Assembly: GCA_036493735.1 (NCBI GenBank)
Contig: DASXPH010000106.1
Location: 29,110 to 61,109, forward strand
Origin: Gemmatimonadaceae bacterium
GTDB taxonomy: Bacteria; Gemmatimonadota; Gemmatimonadetes; Gemmatimonadales; Gemmatimonadaceae
Direction of reading: 5' to 3'
DNA length: 32,000 bases
A program made the position numbers and the translations under genes. The notes below the pieces were generated by a model. The model was not told where the DNA came from, searched no databases, and saw only the letters and a list, made by a program, of their open reading frames with translations. Shown piece after piece: positions 9,553 through 16,999 of the stretch. Numbering within the stretch: position 1 is the first letter of the stretch; every line of letters starts with the position of its first letter.

Positions 9553-9601
9553 CCCTTGTGACACAAGGGATGGTAAAAGCGTTGCCATAGCGACACAAGG
9601 G
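9553..9601 (-). promoter_or_regulatory. Candidate PadR-A promoter and operator: palindrome CCCTTGTG-N1-CACAAGGG (9553-9569) plus a second half-site copy 32 bp away.
   Basis: GACACAAGGG occurs at 9560-9569 and 9592-9601, an offset of 32 bp. On the coding (-) strand: TTGTGT (9598-9593), 17 nt, TACCAT (9575-9570). The distal box therefore covers the -35 and the palindrome covers the predicted transcription start. Confidence 0.4.
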
Positions 9602-9609
9602 GAGTGACT

Positions 9610-9694
9610 CGAACGGCGCGAAGTCCCGAACGACGCGAAGTCCCGAACGACGGACAATTCGAACTCAGCGCCCTTTGGAACTCAGCGCCGGTCG
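9610..9694. repeat. 17-nt tandem-unit array 1 (3 type-1 units followed by 2 type-2 units).
   Basis: CGAACGGCGCGAAGTCC (9610), CGAACGACGCGAAGTCC (9627), CGAACGACGGACAATTC (9644), then GAACTCAGCGCCCTTTG (9661), GAACTCAGCGCCGGTCG (9678). It lies in the divergent PadR-A/PadR-B intergenic region. Confidence 0.85.
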
Positions 9695-9697
9695 CCT

Positions 9698-9751
9698 TCT
9701 AGTTGACATTCTACCAGAAGGAGCGCATACTCTGGTAGAATGTCAACTAGA
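9698..9751 (+). promoter_or_regulatory. Perfect 21-bp inverted repeat spanning the PadR-B promoter and start codon (candidate operator).
   Basis: TCTAGTTGACATTCTACCAGA (9698-9718), 12-nt spacer AGGAGCGCATAC, then TCTGGTAGAATGTCAACTAGA (9731-9751); 21/21 complementary. TTGACA (9703-9708), 17 nt, CATACT (9726-9731). The PadR-B ATG (9740) lies inside the right arm. Confidence 0.6.
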
Positions 9752-10096
9752 GACGAATCGCAGGCCCTCCTTCAGGGCACCCTCGACCTACTTGTCCTGC
9801 GTGTCCTCGCGCTTGGCTCACACCATGGCCACGGCATCGTCGTCGCCATCCAGTCGCGGTCGGGGCACACCCTCCTCGTGGATCATGGCTCCCTCTACCC
9901 TGCCCTCCAGCGCCTCGAACAGCGCGGCTGGATCAAGGGTGCATGGGGCCTGTCCGACAACAATCGCCGCGCGCGCTTCTACTCCCTCACGGCGCTCGGT
10001 CGAAAACATCTCACGATCGAAACCAGCCGCTGGAATCGACTCGTCGAATCCATTGCCCGAGTCATGGACCCCAATCCCACAACGGAGAACGCCTGA
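9740..10096 (+). CDS. PadR-family transcriptional regulator, 'PadR-B'.
   Basis: MSTRDESQALLQGTLDLLVLRVLALGSHHGHGI...HGSLYPALQRLEQRGWIKGAWGLSDNNRRARFYSLTALGR. The stop overlaps the permease B start (TGATG). Confidence 0.92.
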   Translation: MSTRDESQALLQGTLDLLVLRVLALGSHHGHGIVVAIQSRSGHTLLVDHGSLYPALQRLEQRGWIKGAWGLSDNNRRARFYSLTALGRKHLTIETSRWNRLVESIARVMDPNPTTENA

Positions 10097-12705
10097 TGTT
10101 CGGCCGCCGTTCGCAACGAGACTTCGAGGACGAGATTCGCTCGCACCTCCAAATGGAGATCGAACGCCTCCAGGCACTCGGCATGTCCCGCAGCGACGCC
10201 GAGCGTGCCGCGCGTCGACACTTCGGCAATGTTGGTGTCGCTGAAGACAACTTCTACCACATGAATCGCTTCGCATGGCTCGACGACACCGGCCGCGACT
10301 TGCGACATGCGATGCGCGCGCTGCTACGCACGCCTGGATTTCTGTTCATCACAGTTGTGACGCTGGCACTCGCGATCGGCGCCACCGCCGGCATGTTTGG
10401 CGTCGTCAACACCGTATTGCTCGAGCCACTGCCATTCCCGCATCCGGAGCGGCTTGTCAGCGTCCAGGGTACCGCGCCAGGCACCGATCTAACTCAGCGG
10501 TTCGATCTCGGCCTCGATTTCTACCTGCACTACAAGGAACGCTCGAAGCTCATCGACGGCATTCTCACGTTCAGTAGTGGGACTTCGACCTTCCGCACTG
10601 ACGAACGCGTCGAGCGCATTGAAATGTCATGGGTGACGGACGACATGTACGCGACGCTGGGCGTTCATCCGCAATTGGGACGCGTTCCGGTGCCTGACGA
10701 CGATGGCAACGCCGTCGTCATCAGCGATGAGCTCTGGAACACCTGGTTCGGACGGGACCCATCGGTGATCGGGAAATCCTTTTTCGTGTCGGATACCACG
10801 AAGAAGATCGTCGGCGTGATGCCGCGCGGATTCCATTTTCCGAACGACAACACGCTGCTCTGGATCTCGAACAACGTACGTCTCAAAGATGTACGGCCGG
10901 GCAATTTCGGAATGCCGATCCTCGTGCGCATGAAAGAGGGTGTGAGTCAGGAGCAGTTGGCCGCGGACATGACACGGCTGGCAAAGGAGCTGCCGGCTCG
11001 CTTTGGCGGAGCGCCTAACTACGCGCGGATAATCAAGAGCTACCGCGCGGTCGTCAGCTCCGTGCTCGACCGCATGGTTGGACCAACGCTCAGAACATCG
11101 CTCTGGGTGCTGCTCGGCGCGGTCACGGTGGTGTTGCTCATCGCCTGTGCCAATGTCGCCAACTTGTTCATGGTTCGCGCCGAGTCGCGTCGACGCGACC
11201 TCACGGTGCGTCGTGCGATCGGCGCGTCGCGCGCGCAGCTCGTCCGCTTTCAGATGGCCGAGGCGTCTGTCGTCGCACTCGCGGCTGGCGTGCTCGCGGT
11301 GGTTCTGAGCACGGTTACGCTGCCGCTCTTTGTGCGCGCGGCGCCGCAAGGCATTCCGCGGCTTGGCGAGGTCGGGCTCGATCTGCCGACCATCGCGGTG
11401 ACGTTCGGTCTCGTGATTGTCGTGGCACTTCTGTGCGGCGCCGCGCCGGCGATCCGCGCCTCTTCACCCGACTTGACGGCGCTTCGCGAGGGCGGCCGCG
11501 GCTCCACGCGGGGACGTCGCTGGGGGAGGGACCTGCTCGTCATCGGACAGACGGCGCTCGCGCTGGTGCTGATTATCGGCGCCGCGCTGCTGGTGGAGAG
11601 CTTCCAGCGGCTCCGCCACGTCAATCCTGGCTACGACATCAAGGGTATATACACCTTCCAGTTTGCGCCGCAGCAACCGCAGCTTCGCGATGGACCGTCG
11701 TTAGGCCGGATGCATCTCCTGGTCATGGATCGGTTACGCGCGTTGCCGGGCGTGACGACTGTCGGCGTCGTAAACAACATCCCGCTCGACGAGGGCACGG
11801 ACGGCGTCCGGGTGACCGCGGAGGGAATGCCGAGCGACGGTGGCGGCGCGCCGATCAACATGAACTTCACGGGCGGAGACTATTTCCGCGCCATGGGAAT
11901 CAAGCTGCTGCAGGGGCGCACGTTCACAAACGAAGAAGCCGTGACGCCCAATTCCAATGTCATCATCAGTCGCGCGGCCGGCGAGAAACTCTGGCCCGGT
12001 CAGAATCCACTCGGAAGAAGAATCCGTCCGCGCTTCGGACGTCAGGACACCCTCGCGTTCACGGTCGTCGGTGTCGTGAACGACGTGAAGCAGCTCGATT
12101 GGCGTGAGGCCGGCGACGCAGTGATCTATTTCCCGCTCACGGGTCCGTTCGCTGGTGCTTGGGGAATGGGCTCACCCGCCTATGTCGTCAAGTCGCCGCG
12201 CGCGGAGATGCTGAAGGGCGAGGTGCGACAGATCGTGCACGAGGTTGCGCCCGAAGCGCCGGTGTACCGTGAGTACACCATGGAATTCCTCTCGCGCCGG
12301 TCAATGATCCAGCTTTCGTTCACGATGCTCACGCTCGGCGTGGTGTCTGCGCTCGCACTCATTCTCGGCGCGCTAGGGCTATACGGCGTGCTGTCGTACG
12401 TCGTTGCGCAGCGGACGCGCGAGATCGGCGTGCGCATGGCGCTGGGAGCATCGGCCGGCGCGGTGCGGCGACAGGTGGTTTCCGAGGGCGCGAAGGTCGT
12501 GCTCGTCGGCGTGGCGATCGGCATCGTCGCCGCATTCGCGTCGACACGACTGCTCGGCACGCTCCTGTACGGCGTGAAGGCTGTGGATCCGCTGGTCTTT
12601 GCCGCGATGTCGCTCGTGATGCTTGGCATTGGCGTGCTGGCCAGCTACATGCCCGCCCGCCGCGCCAGCAGTGTGGATCCGATCGAGGCGCTGCGCAGCG
12701 ATTGA
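10096..12705 (+). CDS. ADOP-type duplicated FtsX/MacB permease with N-terminal prefix domain ('permease B').
   Basis: Start moved to ATG 10096 (residue 52 of track ORF 9943..12705). MFGRRSQRDFEDEIRSHLQMEIERLQALGMSRSDAERAARRHFGNV..., then DLRHAMRALLRTPGFLFITVVTLALAIGATAGMF. First FtsX unit [32 protein letters not shown]; second REIGVRMALGAS...YMPARRASSVDPIEALRSD. Confidence 0.92.
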   Translation: MFGRRSQRDFEDEIRSHLQMEIERLQALGMSRSDAERAARRHFGNVGVAEDNFYHMNRFAWLDDTGRDLRHAMRALLRTPGFLFITVVTLALAIGATAGMFGVVNTVLLEPLPFPHPERLVSVQGTAPGTDLTQRFDLGLDFYLHYKERSKLIDGILTFSSGTSTFRTDERVERIEMSWVTDDMYATLGVHPQLGRVPVPDDDGNAVVISDELWNTWFGRDPSVIGKSFFVSDTTKKIVGVMPRGFHFPNDNTLLWISNNVRLKDVRPGNFGMPILVRMKEGVSQEQLAADMTRLAKELPARFGGAPNYARIIKSYRAVVSSVLDRMVGPTLRTSLWVLLGAVTVVLLIACANVANLFMVRAESRRRDLTVRRAIGASRAQLVRFQMAEASVVALAAGVLAVVLSTVTLPLFVRAAPQGIPRLGEVGLDLPTIAVTFGLVIVVALLCGAAPAIRASSPDLTALREGGRGSTRGRRWGRDLLVIGQTALALVLIIGAALLVESFQRLRHVNPGYDIKGIYTFQFAPQQPQLRDGPSLGRMHLLVMDRLRALPGVTTVGVVNNIPLDEGTDGVRVTAEGMPSDGGGAPINMNFTGGDYFRAMGIKLLQGRTFTNEEAVTPNSNVIISRAAGEKLWPGQNPLGRRIRPRFGRQDTLAFTVVGVVNDVKQLDWREAGDAVIYFPLTGPFAGAWGMGSPAYVVKSPRAEMLKGEVRQIVHEVAPEAPVYREYTMEFLSRRSMIQLSFTMLTLGVVSALALILGALGLYGVLSYVVAQRTREIGVRMALGASAGAVRRQVVSEGAKVVLVGVAIGIVAAFASTRLLGTLLYGVKAVDPLVFAAMSLVMLGIGVLASYMPARRASSVDPIEALRSD

Positions 12706-12715
12706 GGAGAGGCGT

Positions 12716-15367
12716 CTACTCTTCGCGCAACGCCAGCACCGGAGCGATCCGGAGCGCCCGACGTGCCGGCACGCTGGTCGCCAAAATCGAGATCACGATC
12801 ATTGTAAGCGTCGCGAAGCTGAAGACACCGAAATCCGCCGGGGGCACCTGGTAGAGCATCGATCCAACGAGCCTCGCCACAGCGACGGATGCAGCGAGGC
12901 CGATTGCTACGCCGACGAACAGCAACCTACCCATCTGCGCCGCGACGACCTGCAACACGTCTCGATGCTGCGCTCCCAGAGCCACACGCACGCCAATTTC
13001 TTTGGTCCGCTGCGTGACGGCATAGCTCACGATCCCGTACAGGCCTATGGCCGCGAGCAGCGACGCGATGAGCGCCAATAGAATCAGAAGCTGCATGGCA
13101 GCATGTTGTCCCTCGAGCGGGCCATCGACATAGGTCTCGAGCGGCATCGCGTTGAAGACGGGTACGCCCGGATCGAGCGCTCGTACGGCCTGCTCGATCG
13201 CTCGCACGGCCTCCGGGACGGCGCCCGCCGTCCGCAGCAGTACGGCGTAACCATACTCTGGCCGATACACCTGTCGTACGGGCACGTAGAAGTACGGCGT
13301 CGGCGCGTCGCTGAGACGATAGAACTTCGTGTCCTTCACGACACCGACGATCGTGAACCAGCGGCCCCACCCGTGCACGCGCACGCCTAACGCGGCACCG
13401 CCGCCGAGGAAGTGCCGCACGAACGCGTCGTTCACGATCATCACCGGCACGTGCGCCGAATCATCGGCGAGGGTGAACTCGCGCCCCGCGACGAGCGGCA
13501 CCCGAAGCACCTTGAAGTAGTCCGGACCAATCGCCGCGCGATAAAGCTTCATGTTCTCGTTCGGCGCTGGCGCATAGCCCTCGACTCGGAGCTCCTCCCA
13601 TGATCCGGCACCGAGACTCAGCGGAACGTAATCCGTGTAGCTGGCCGCCTGGACGCCCGGCTCGTGGGAGAGCCGATCCGCGACGTTGCTGAGAAACGCT
13701 TCGGCGCGTGCGGAGTCGTAGCCGGCGAGCGTCACGCTCACGGAAGCCATCGCGACGTCTTGTGCATCGAAGCCCGGCGACACCGCACGCGTATGGCGAA
13801 AACTCTCGAAGAACAATCCCGCTCCAACGAGCGACACCACGGCCAGTGCCATCTCGAGGGTCACGAGCGTGCGCCGCGCCCGCGCAGCACCGCGGTTGCC
13901 CGCCGTTCCGCGCCCGCCGCTGCTGAGCGCTTCGCCTAACGCGGCACGCGAGCCCTGAAGGGCCGGGACGATCCCAGCGAGCACCGTCACCGCGATTGCG
14001 AGCAAGGCGGTGAACGCCAACACGCTTCGGTCCACGTGCGGCGCGAGCAGGGCCGGTCGCGCAAACGACGGTAGGAGCGAATTGAGCGAACGCGCAAGCC
14101 AGGCCGCACCCAACAGTCCCAGCGTGGCCCCGCTGATCGCGAGAAGGGACGCCTCGGTGAGCAGTTGCCGGATGAGGCGAGCCCGCGGCGCGCCGAGCGC
14201 GAGCCGAAGCCCGAGCTCGCGCGCTCGCGCCGTCGCGCGCGCGAGAAGCAGACTCGCCGCGTTTGCGCAGACGATGAGTAACACCAATCCACAGGCGACG
14301 AGCAGTACCACCAGGGGCTCGCGGAGTGCGTCCTGCGCGCCCCAATGCGATTGCCAGATTGGCATCAGTCGGCCTTCCATCCCCTTGCTGACAGCGCCGT
14401 TCACGCTCGCCATGAACGCGGTGAACGATTCGACTTCGGCGCGCGCGGCATTGAAGTTCACACCATCCCGGAGACGCGCCAGCACGCGGAAGGTTCGCGT
14501 ACCCCGATCGCGGAGCCACCACCCGCCGGTCGGGACGATCTGGCCCAGCATCGCCGCCGGCACCCACACGTCGAACTCCTCGCCCGACATCGAGCCATGA
14601 AAGGCCCGTGATGCGACGCCGACCACCCGAAACGGAAATTGGTTGATGTCGACGACACTGCCGACGACGGAACTGTCGCCGTGCCACCGGCGCTGCCACA
14701 ACTCGTAGCTGATGACGGCGAGTGGCTGCGCCCCCTCGTTCTCCTCGACCGTCGACGGAAAGAAGCCGCCGAGCGCCGGTTGGACGCGCAACACCTCGAA
14801 GAAGTTGGCGGACACGAGCTCGCCCCAGACGCGCTCCGAATGCGCGGCATCGCCTAACGCGAGCGACGTCGGATAGGCGGCCGCGAGCCCGTCGAAGGAT
14901 CTGAGGTATCTCCGAAGATCGCGGTAATCGAGCCAGGACGTTGGCGTCCAGCTGCCGGAAGCGGTCGTCGTCTCGAGCGCGAAGATACGCTCGGGTGCAC
15001 GGGTGCCGGGGAGTGGATCGAGCAAGACGCTCCGTGTCCAACTGAATACGGTCGCCGTCGCCGCAATGCCGATCGCGAGTGTAATGACGATCACCGACGA
15101 CATCGTCGGCACCCGCCGCATCTGTCGGAGCGCGTAACGCACGTCCATCAGGATCGACTCGAGTGTGGGCCACTGCCAGACCGCACGGCCCTCCTCCTGG
15201 ATGTACGTCACGTTCCCGAACGCGCGCCGTGCCTCCGCACGCGCGTCAGCCGGCGAAAGGCCCCGTGCGATCAACGCGTCGGTCTTTTCTTCGAGGTGCG
15301 ACTGCATCTCGCTCGCGAGATCGTCGTAGAGTTGGCGCTGGCGCACCAGGGCATCGAGCCATCTCAT
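12716..15367 (-). CDS. ADOP-type duplicated FtsX/MacB permease with N-terminal prefix domain ('permease C').
   Basis: 883 aa. DDLASEMQSHLEEKTDALIARGLSPADARAEARRAFGNV, then DVRYALRQMRRVPTMSSVIVITLAIGIAATATVF. C-terminus [12 protein letters not shown]...SVPARRALRIAPVLALREE. ATGA overlap with the PadR-C stop. Convergent with permease B, only 10 bp apart. Confidence 0.92.
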   Translation of the reverse strand: MRWLDALVRQRQLYDDLASEMQSHLEEKTDALIARGLSPADARAEARRAFGNVTYIQEEGRAVWQWPTLESILMDVRYALRQMRRVPTMSSVIVITLAIGIAATATVFSWTRSVLLDPLPGTRAPERIFALETTTASGSWTPTSWLDYRDLRRYLRSFDGLAAAYPTSLALGDAAHSERVWGELVSANFFEVLRVQPALGGFFPSTVEENEGAQPLAVISYELWQRRWHGDSSVVGSVVDINQFPFRVVGVASRAFHGSMSGEEFDVWVPAAMLGQIVPTGGWWLRDRGTRTFRVLARLRDGVNFNAARAEVESFTAFMASVNGAVSKGMEGRLMPIWQSHWGAQDALREPLVVLLVACGLVLLIVCANAASLLLARATARARELGLRLALGAPRARLIRQLLTEASLLAISGATLGLLGAAWLARSLNSLLPSFARPALLAPHVDRSVLAFTALLAIAVTVLAGIVPALQGSRAALGEALSSGGRGTAGNRGAARARRTLVTLEMALAVVSLVGAGLFFESFRHTRAVSPGFDAQDVAMASVSVTLAGYDSARAEAFLSNVADRLSHEPGVQAASYTDYVPLSLGAGSWEELRVEGYAPAPNENMKLYRAAIGPDYFKVLRVPLVAGREFTLADDSAHVPVMIVNDAFVRHFLGGGAALGVRVHGWGRWFTIVGVVKDTKFYRLSDAPTPYFYVPVRQVYRPEYGYAVLLRTAGAVPEAVRAIEQAVRALDPGVPVFNAMPLETYVDGPLEGQHAAMQLLILLALIASLLAAIGLYGIVSYAVTQRTKEIGVRVALGAQHRDVLQVVAAQMGRLLFVGVAIGLAASVAVARLVGSMLYQVPPADFGVFSFATLTMIVISILATSVPARRALRIAPVLALREE

Positions 15368-15750
15368 GCCTCACCCCCCAGCGCAAGCACCAGCGTGATG
15401 CCTTCGAGCATCCGTTCGAAACGGGAGATCTCGATCCCCAGATGCTTGGAGCCAGCCCGCGTGATCCGATAGATGCGCACCCGGCGATTGGTCGCCGACA
15501 CTCCCCACTCGGCCTCGACGAGACGCTCCTTCAGCAAACGCTGAAGCGCGGGGTAGAGCGATCCCTCTTCGACTTGCAGGAGATTTTGGGAGGCTTGTTG
15601 GATGCGCTGCACGAGGGCATAGCCGTGCATCGGCTGCCGTTTGAGGAGGCGCAGCACCATGAGCTCGAGCGCCCCGGGGAAAAGGTCGCGCGATTCCGAA
15701 TCAGGCATGACGCGATCGAGAAGCGAGAGTAGTGGCCAGCCGATACCCAT
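15364..15750 (-). CDS. PadR-family transcriptional regulator, 'PadR-C'.
   Basis: ...LFPGALELMVLRLLKRQPMHGYALVQRI...EGSLYPALQRLLKERLVEAEWGVSATNRRVRIYRITRAGS. The start is uncertain: ATG 15750 (track) or ATG 15708 (MPDSESRDLF...), which matches the length of the other PadRs better. Confidence 0.88.
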   Translation of the reverse strand: MGIGWPLLSLLDRVMPDSESRDLFPGALELMVLRLLKRQPMHGYALVQRIQQASQNLLQVEEGSLYPALQRLLKERLVEAEWGVSATNRRVRIYRITRAGSKHLGIEISRFERMLEGITLVLALGGEA

Positions 15751-15751
15751 A

Positions 15752-15806
15752 CCCTGTTCAGCACAAGGCCTAGAGCAGAATAGTATGCGCGTGTGGGCGC
15801 TGTCAA
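15752..15806 (-). promoter_or_regulatory. Candidate PadR-C promoter plus an imperfect palindrome related to the PadR-A operator.
   Basis: On the (-) strand: TTGACA (15806-15801), 15 nt, TACTAT (15785-15780). On the + strand, CCCTGTTCAGCACAAGG (15752-15768) shares CCCT......CACAAGG with the PadR-A palindrome CCCTTGTGACACAAGGG. The 9-mer GCGCATACT around the -10 is also present at the PadR-B promoter. Confidence 0.35.
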
Positions 15807-15983
15807 TCGCGCGGTTACCTGCGAAAGTTGCGAAGCTGACGTGCGGGTGCTAGACTTAGTGAGCGATACACGCCGTTCAACGCGTGGACATGTTCCGATC
15901 GATCAGGGGCCTGCCGAATGCGAGCAGGCCCCTTTTGTTTTCCGGCCAATCGTCGTTCGCCCCTCACTCCAGGAGTTTAGGAT

Positions 15984-16172
15984 ATGCGGACGAGGGCATT
16001 CGACGAGCATCGCGACTCGCCGCTCTGGCGCGCGCTGGAGGAGGTCGTCGCCGAATTGGTCGCGACACAGGAAATCACGATCAACACGGCGCCGGAGTAT
16101 GTGATCGGGTATCTCTGTCGCGAATTGATGGCGAAGCGAATGGTGTCAGCTGGCGCATCAGAAACCTCCTAG
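15984..16172 (+). CDS. Small hypothetical protein (62 aa).
   Basis: AGGAG lies 8 nt upstream of the ATG. GC-rich third codon positions. The sequence looks like a real protein (MRTRAFDEHRDSPLWRALEEVVAELVATQEITINTAPEYVIGYLCRELMAK...), unlike the Arg-rich overlapping frame of 15884..16234. Confidence 0.45.
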   Translation: MRTRAFDEHRDSPLWRALEEVVAELVATQEITINTAPEYVIGYLCRELMAKRMVSAGASETS

Positions 16173-16234
16173 CCGCCGGCCGCTCCGCGGCCGTTCACGT
16201 TAGGCAGATGATGTTTCCCGTTCCGAGGTTCCTC

Positions 16235-16663
16235 ATGCATTCGAAGACGATTCTCATGGTTCAATCGGGCAATGATTCCCTTTCACGTCTTCGCATGCGG
16301 CTGGAGGACCTAGGGTATACGATCGTCCAGGCCGCTGACGCGGCAACCGCCATGGACATCGCCAACCGCTCCGAAATTGCGCTTGTCGTGACGGAGTTAT
16401 ATCTCCGCCTCGGCACATGCCGCTGTCTCGGTCGTGTCATTGGCAGGTCGCCGGCGCTCCGACGCACCAAGCTGCTCGCGTACACAGCACACGGAAAGCG
16501 AAGAGATCGCGACTGGGCACAACGCATCGGCGCCGATGGATACGTGATCAGCCGTTCCGGCGATGAGCGTTTTCTCTCCGTCGTCGACCATCTGATGACC
16601 GCTCGGTCGAGACCGCGTCGCTATTGGGACGATGATGCGATTCACCAGAGCCGCCGAACATAG
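16235..16663 (+). CDS. Stand-alone receiver (REC)-like protein with degenerate phospho-acceptor residues (pseudo-receiver).
   Basis: Start moved to ATG 16235, with GAGG 6 nt upstream. Alternating beta/alpha pattern of CheY-like receivers: KTILMVQSGND (DD pocket replaced by QS), ALVVTELYL (Asp replaced by Glu), LLAYTAH (Thr kept), GADGYVISRS (Lys missing). Confidence 0.6.
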   Translation: MHSKTILMVQSGNDSLSRLRMRLEDLGYTIVQAADAATAMDIANRSEIALVVTELYLRLGTCRCLGRVIGRSPALRRTKLLAYTAHGKRRDRDWAQRIGADGYVISRSGDERFLSVVDHLMTARSRPRRYWDDDAIHQSRRT

Positions 16664-16677
16664 CTGTGCATCTTCCG

Positions 16678-16935
16678 ATGAAGACCGTCGTCTGGATCGT
16701 CCTCCTGGTCGTGCTCACTGGTGTGGGCGTCGCGTACCTGACAGCCTGGATGAGGCGAATCGCGACCTCTCCCGCGGAGCCGCCGGCGCCACGACCAGAT
16801 GAGGTGTCAGCGGACGCCGGCGCCGATGAGCTGAGGCATGAGCTCATGACCACGTCCGAGGGTACCAGGCTCCTGCTCAGGCAAGGACACCTGATCGCGC
16901 CCGTCGACAGCACGCGAAAGGAATCCAGCGGCTGA
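16678..16935 (+). CDS. Small single-pass membrane protein, hypothetical.
   Basis: MKTVVWIVLLVVLTGVGVAYLTAWM is a TM helix, followed by a Pro/Ala/acidic tail. Alternative GTG start at 16666. Support is weak. Confidence 0.4.
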   Translation: MKTVVWIVLLVVLTGVGVAYLTAWMRRIATSPAEPPAPRPDEVSADAGADELRHELMTTSEGTRLLLRQGHLIAPVDSTRKESSG

Positions 16936-16999
16936 GGCGGACACACCGTCGCGGTGTGCCCTATGCACTCTCGAGAGGCATTCTGCCCAGAGGTCGTGC

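Noticed and set aside
9943-10095. N-terminal extension of the permease B track ORF. The same applies to 22880-23161 for D and 26077-26346 for E.
   Set aside because: These extensions overlap the PadR genes in another frame and translate to Arg/His/Pro-rich junk. Each permease has an ATG at or next to the PadR stop, followed immediately by the conserved prefix motif.
13461-15173. Very long alternative-frame or antisense ORFs: 570 aa here, plus 18864-20084 (406 aa), 24271-25380 (369 aa), 26461-27486 (341 aa), 5334-6203 (289 aa) and 10627-11349 (240 aa).
   Set aside because: All lie within or opposite genes that have clear family signatures. All have extreme Arg/Ala/Gly/Pro content, as expected from stop-codon depletion in GC-rich DNA.
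15884-16234. Upstream part of the 259-aa ORF containing the receiver-like domain.
   Set aside because: The composition is Arg/Gly-rich and non-protein-like. It competes with a better small ORF (15984-16172), and ATG 16235 has a GAGG ribosome-binding site.
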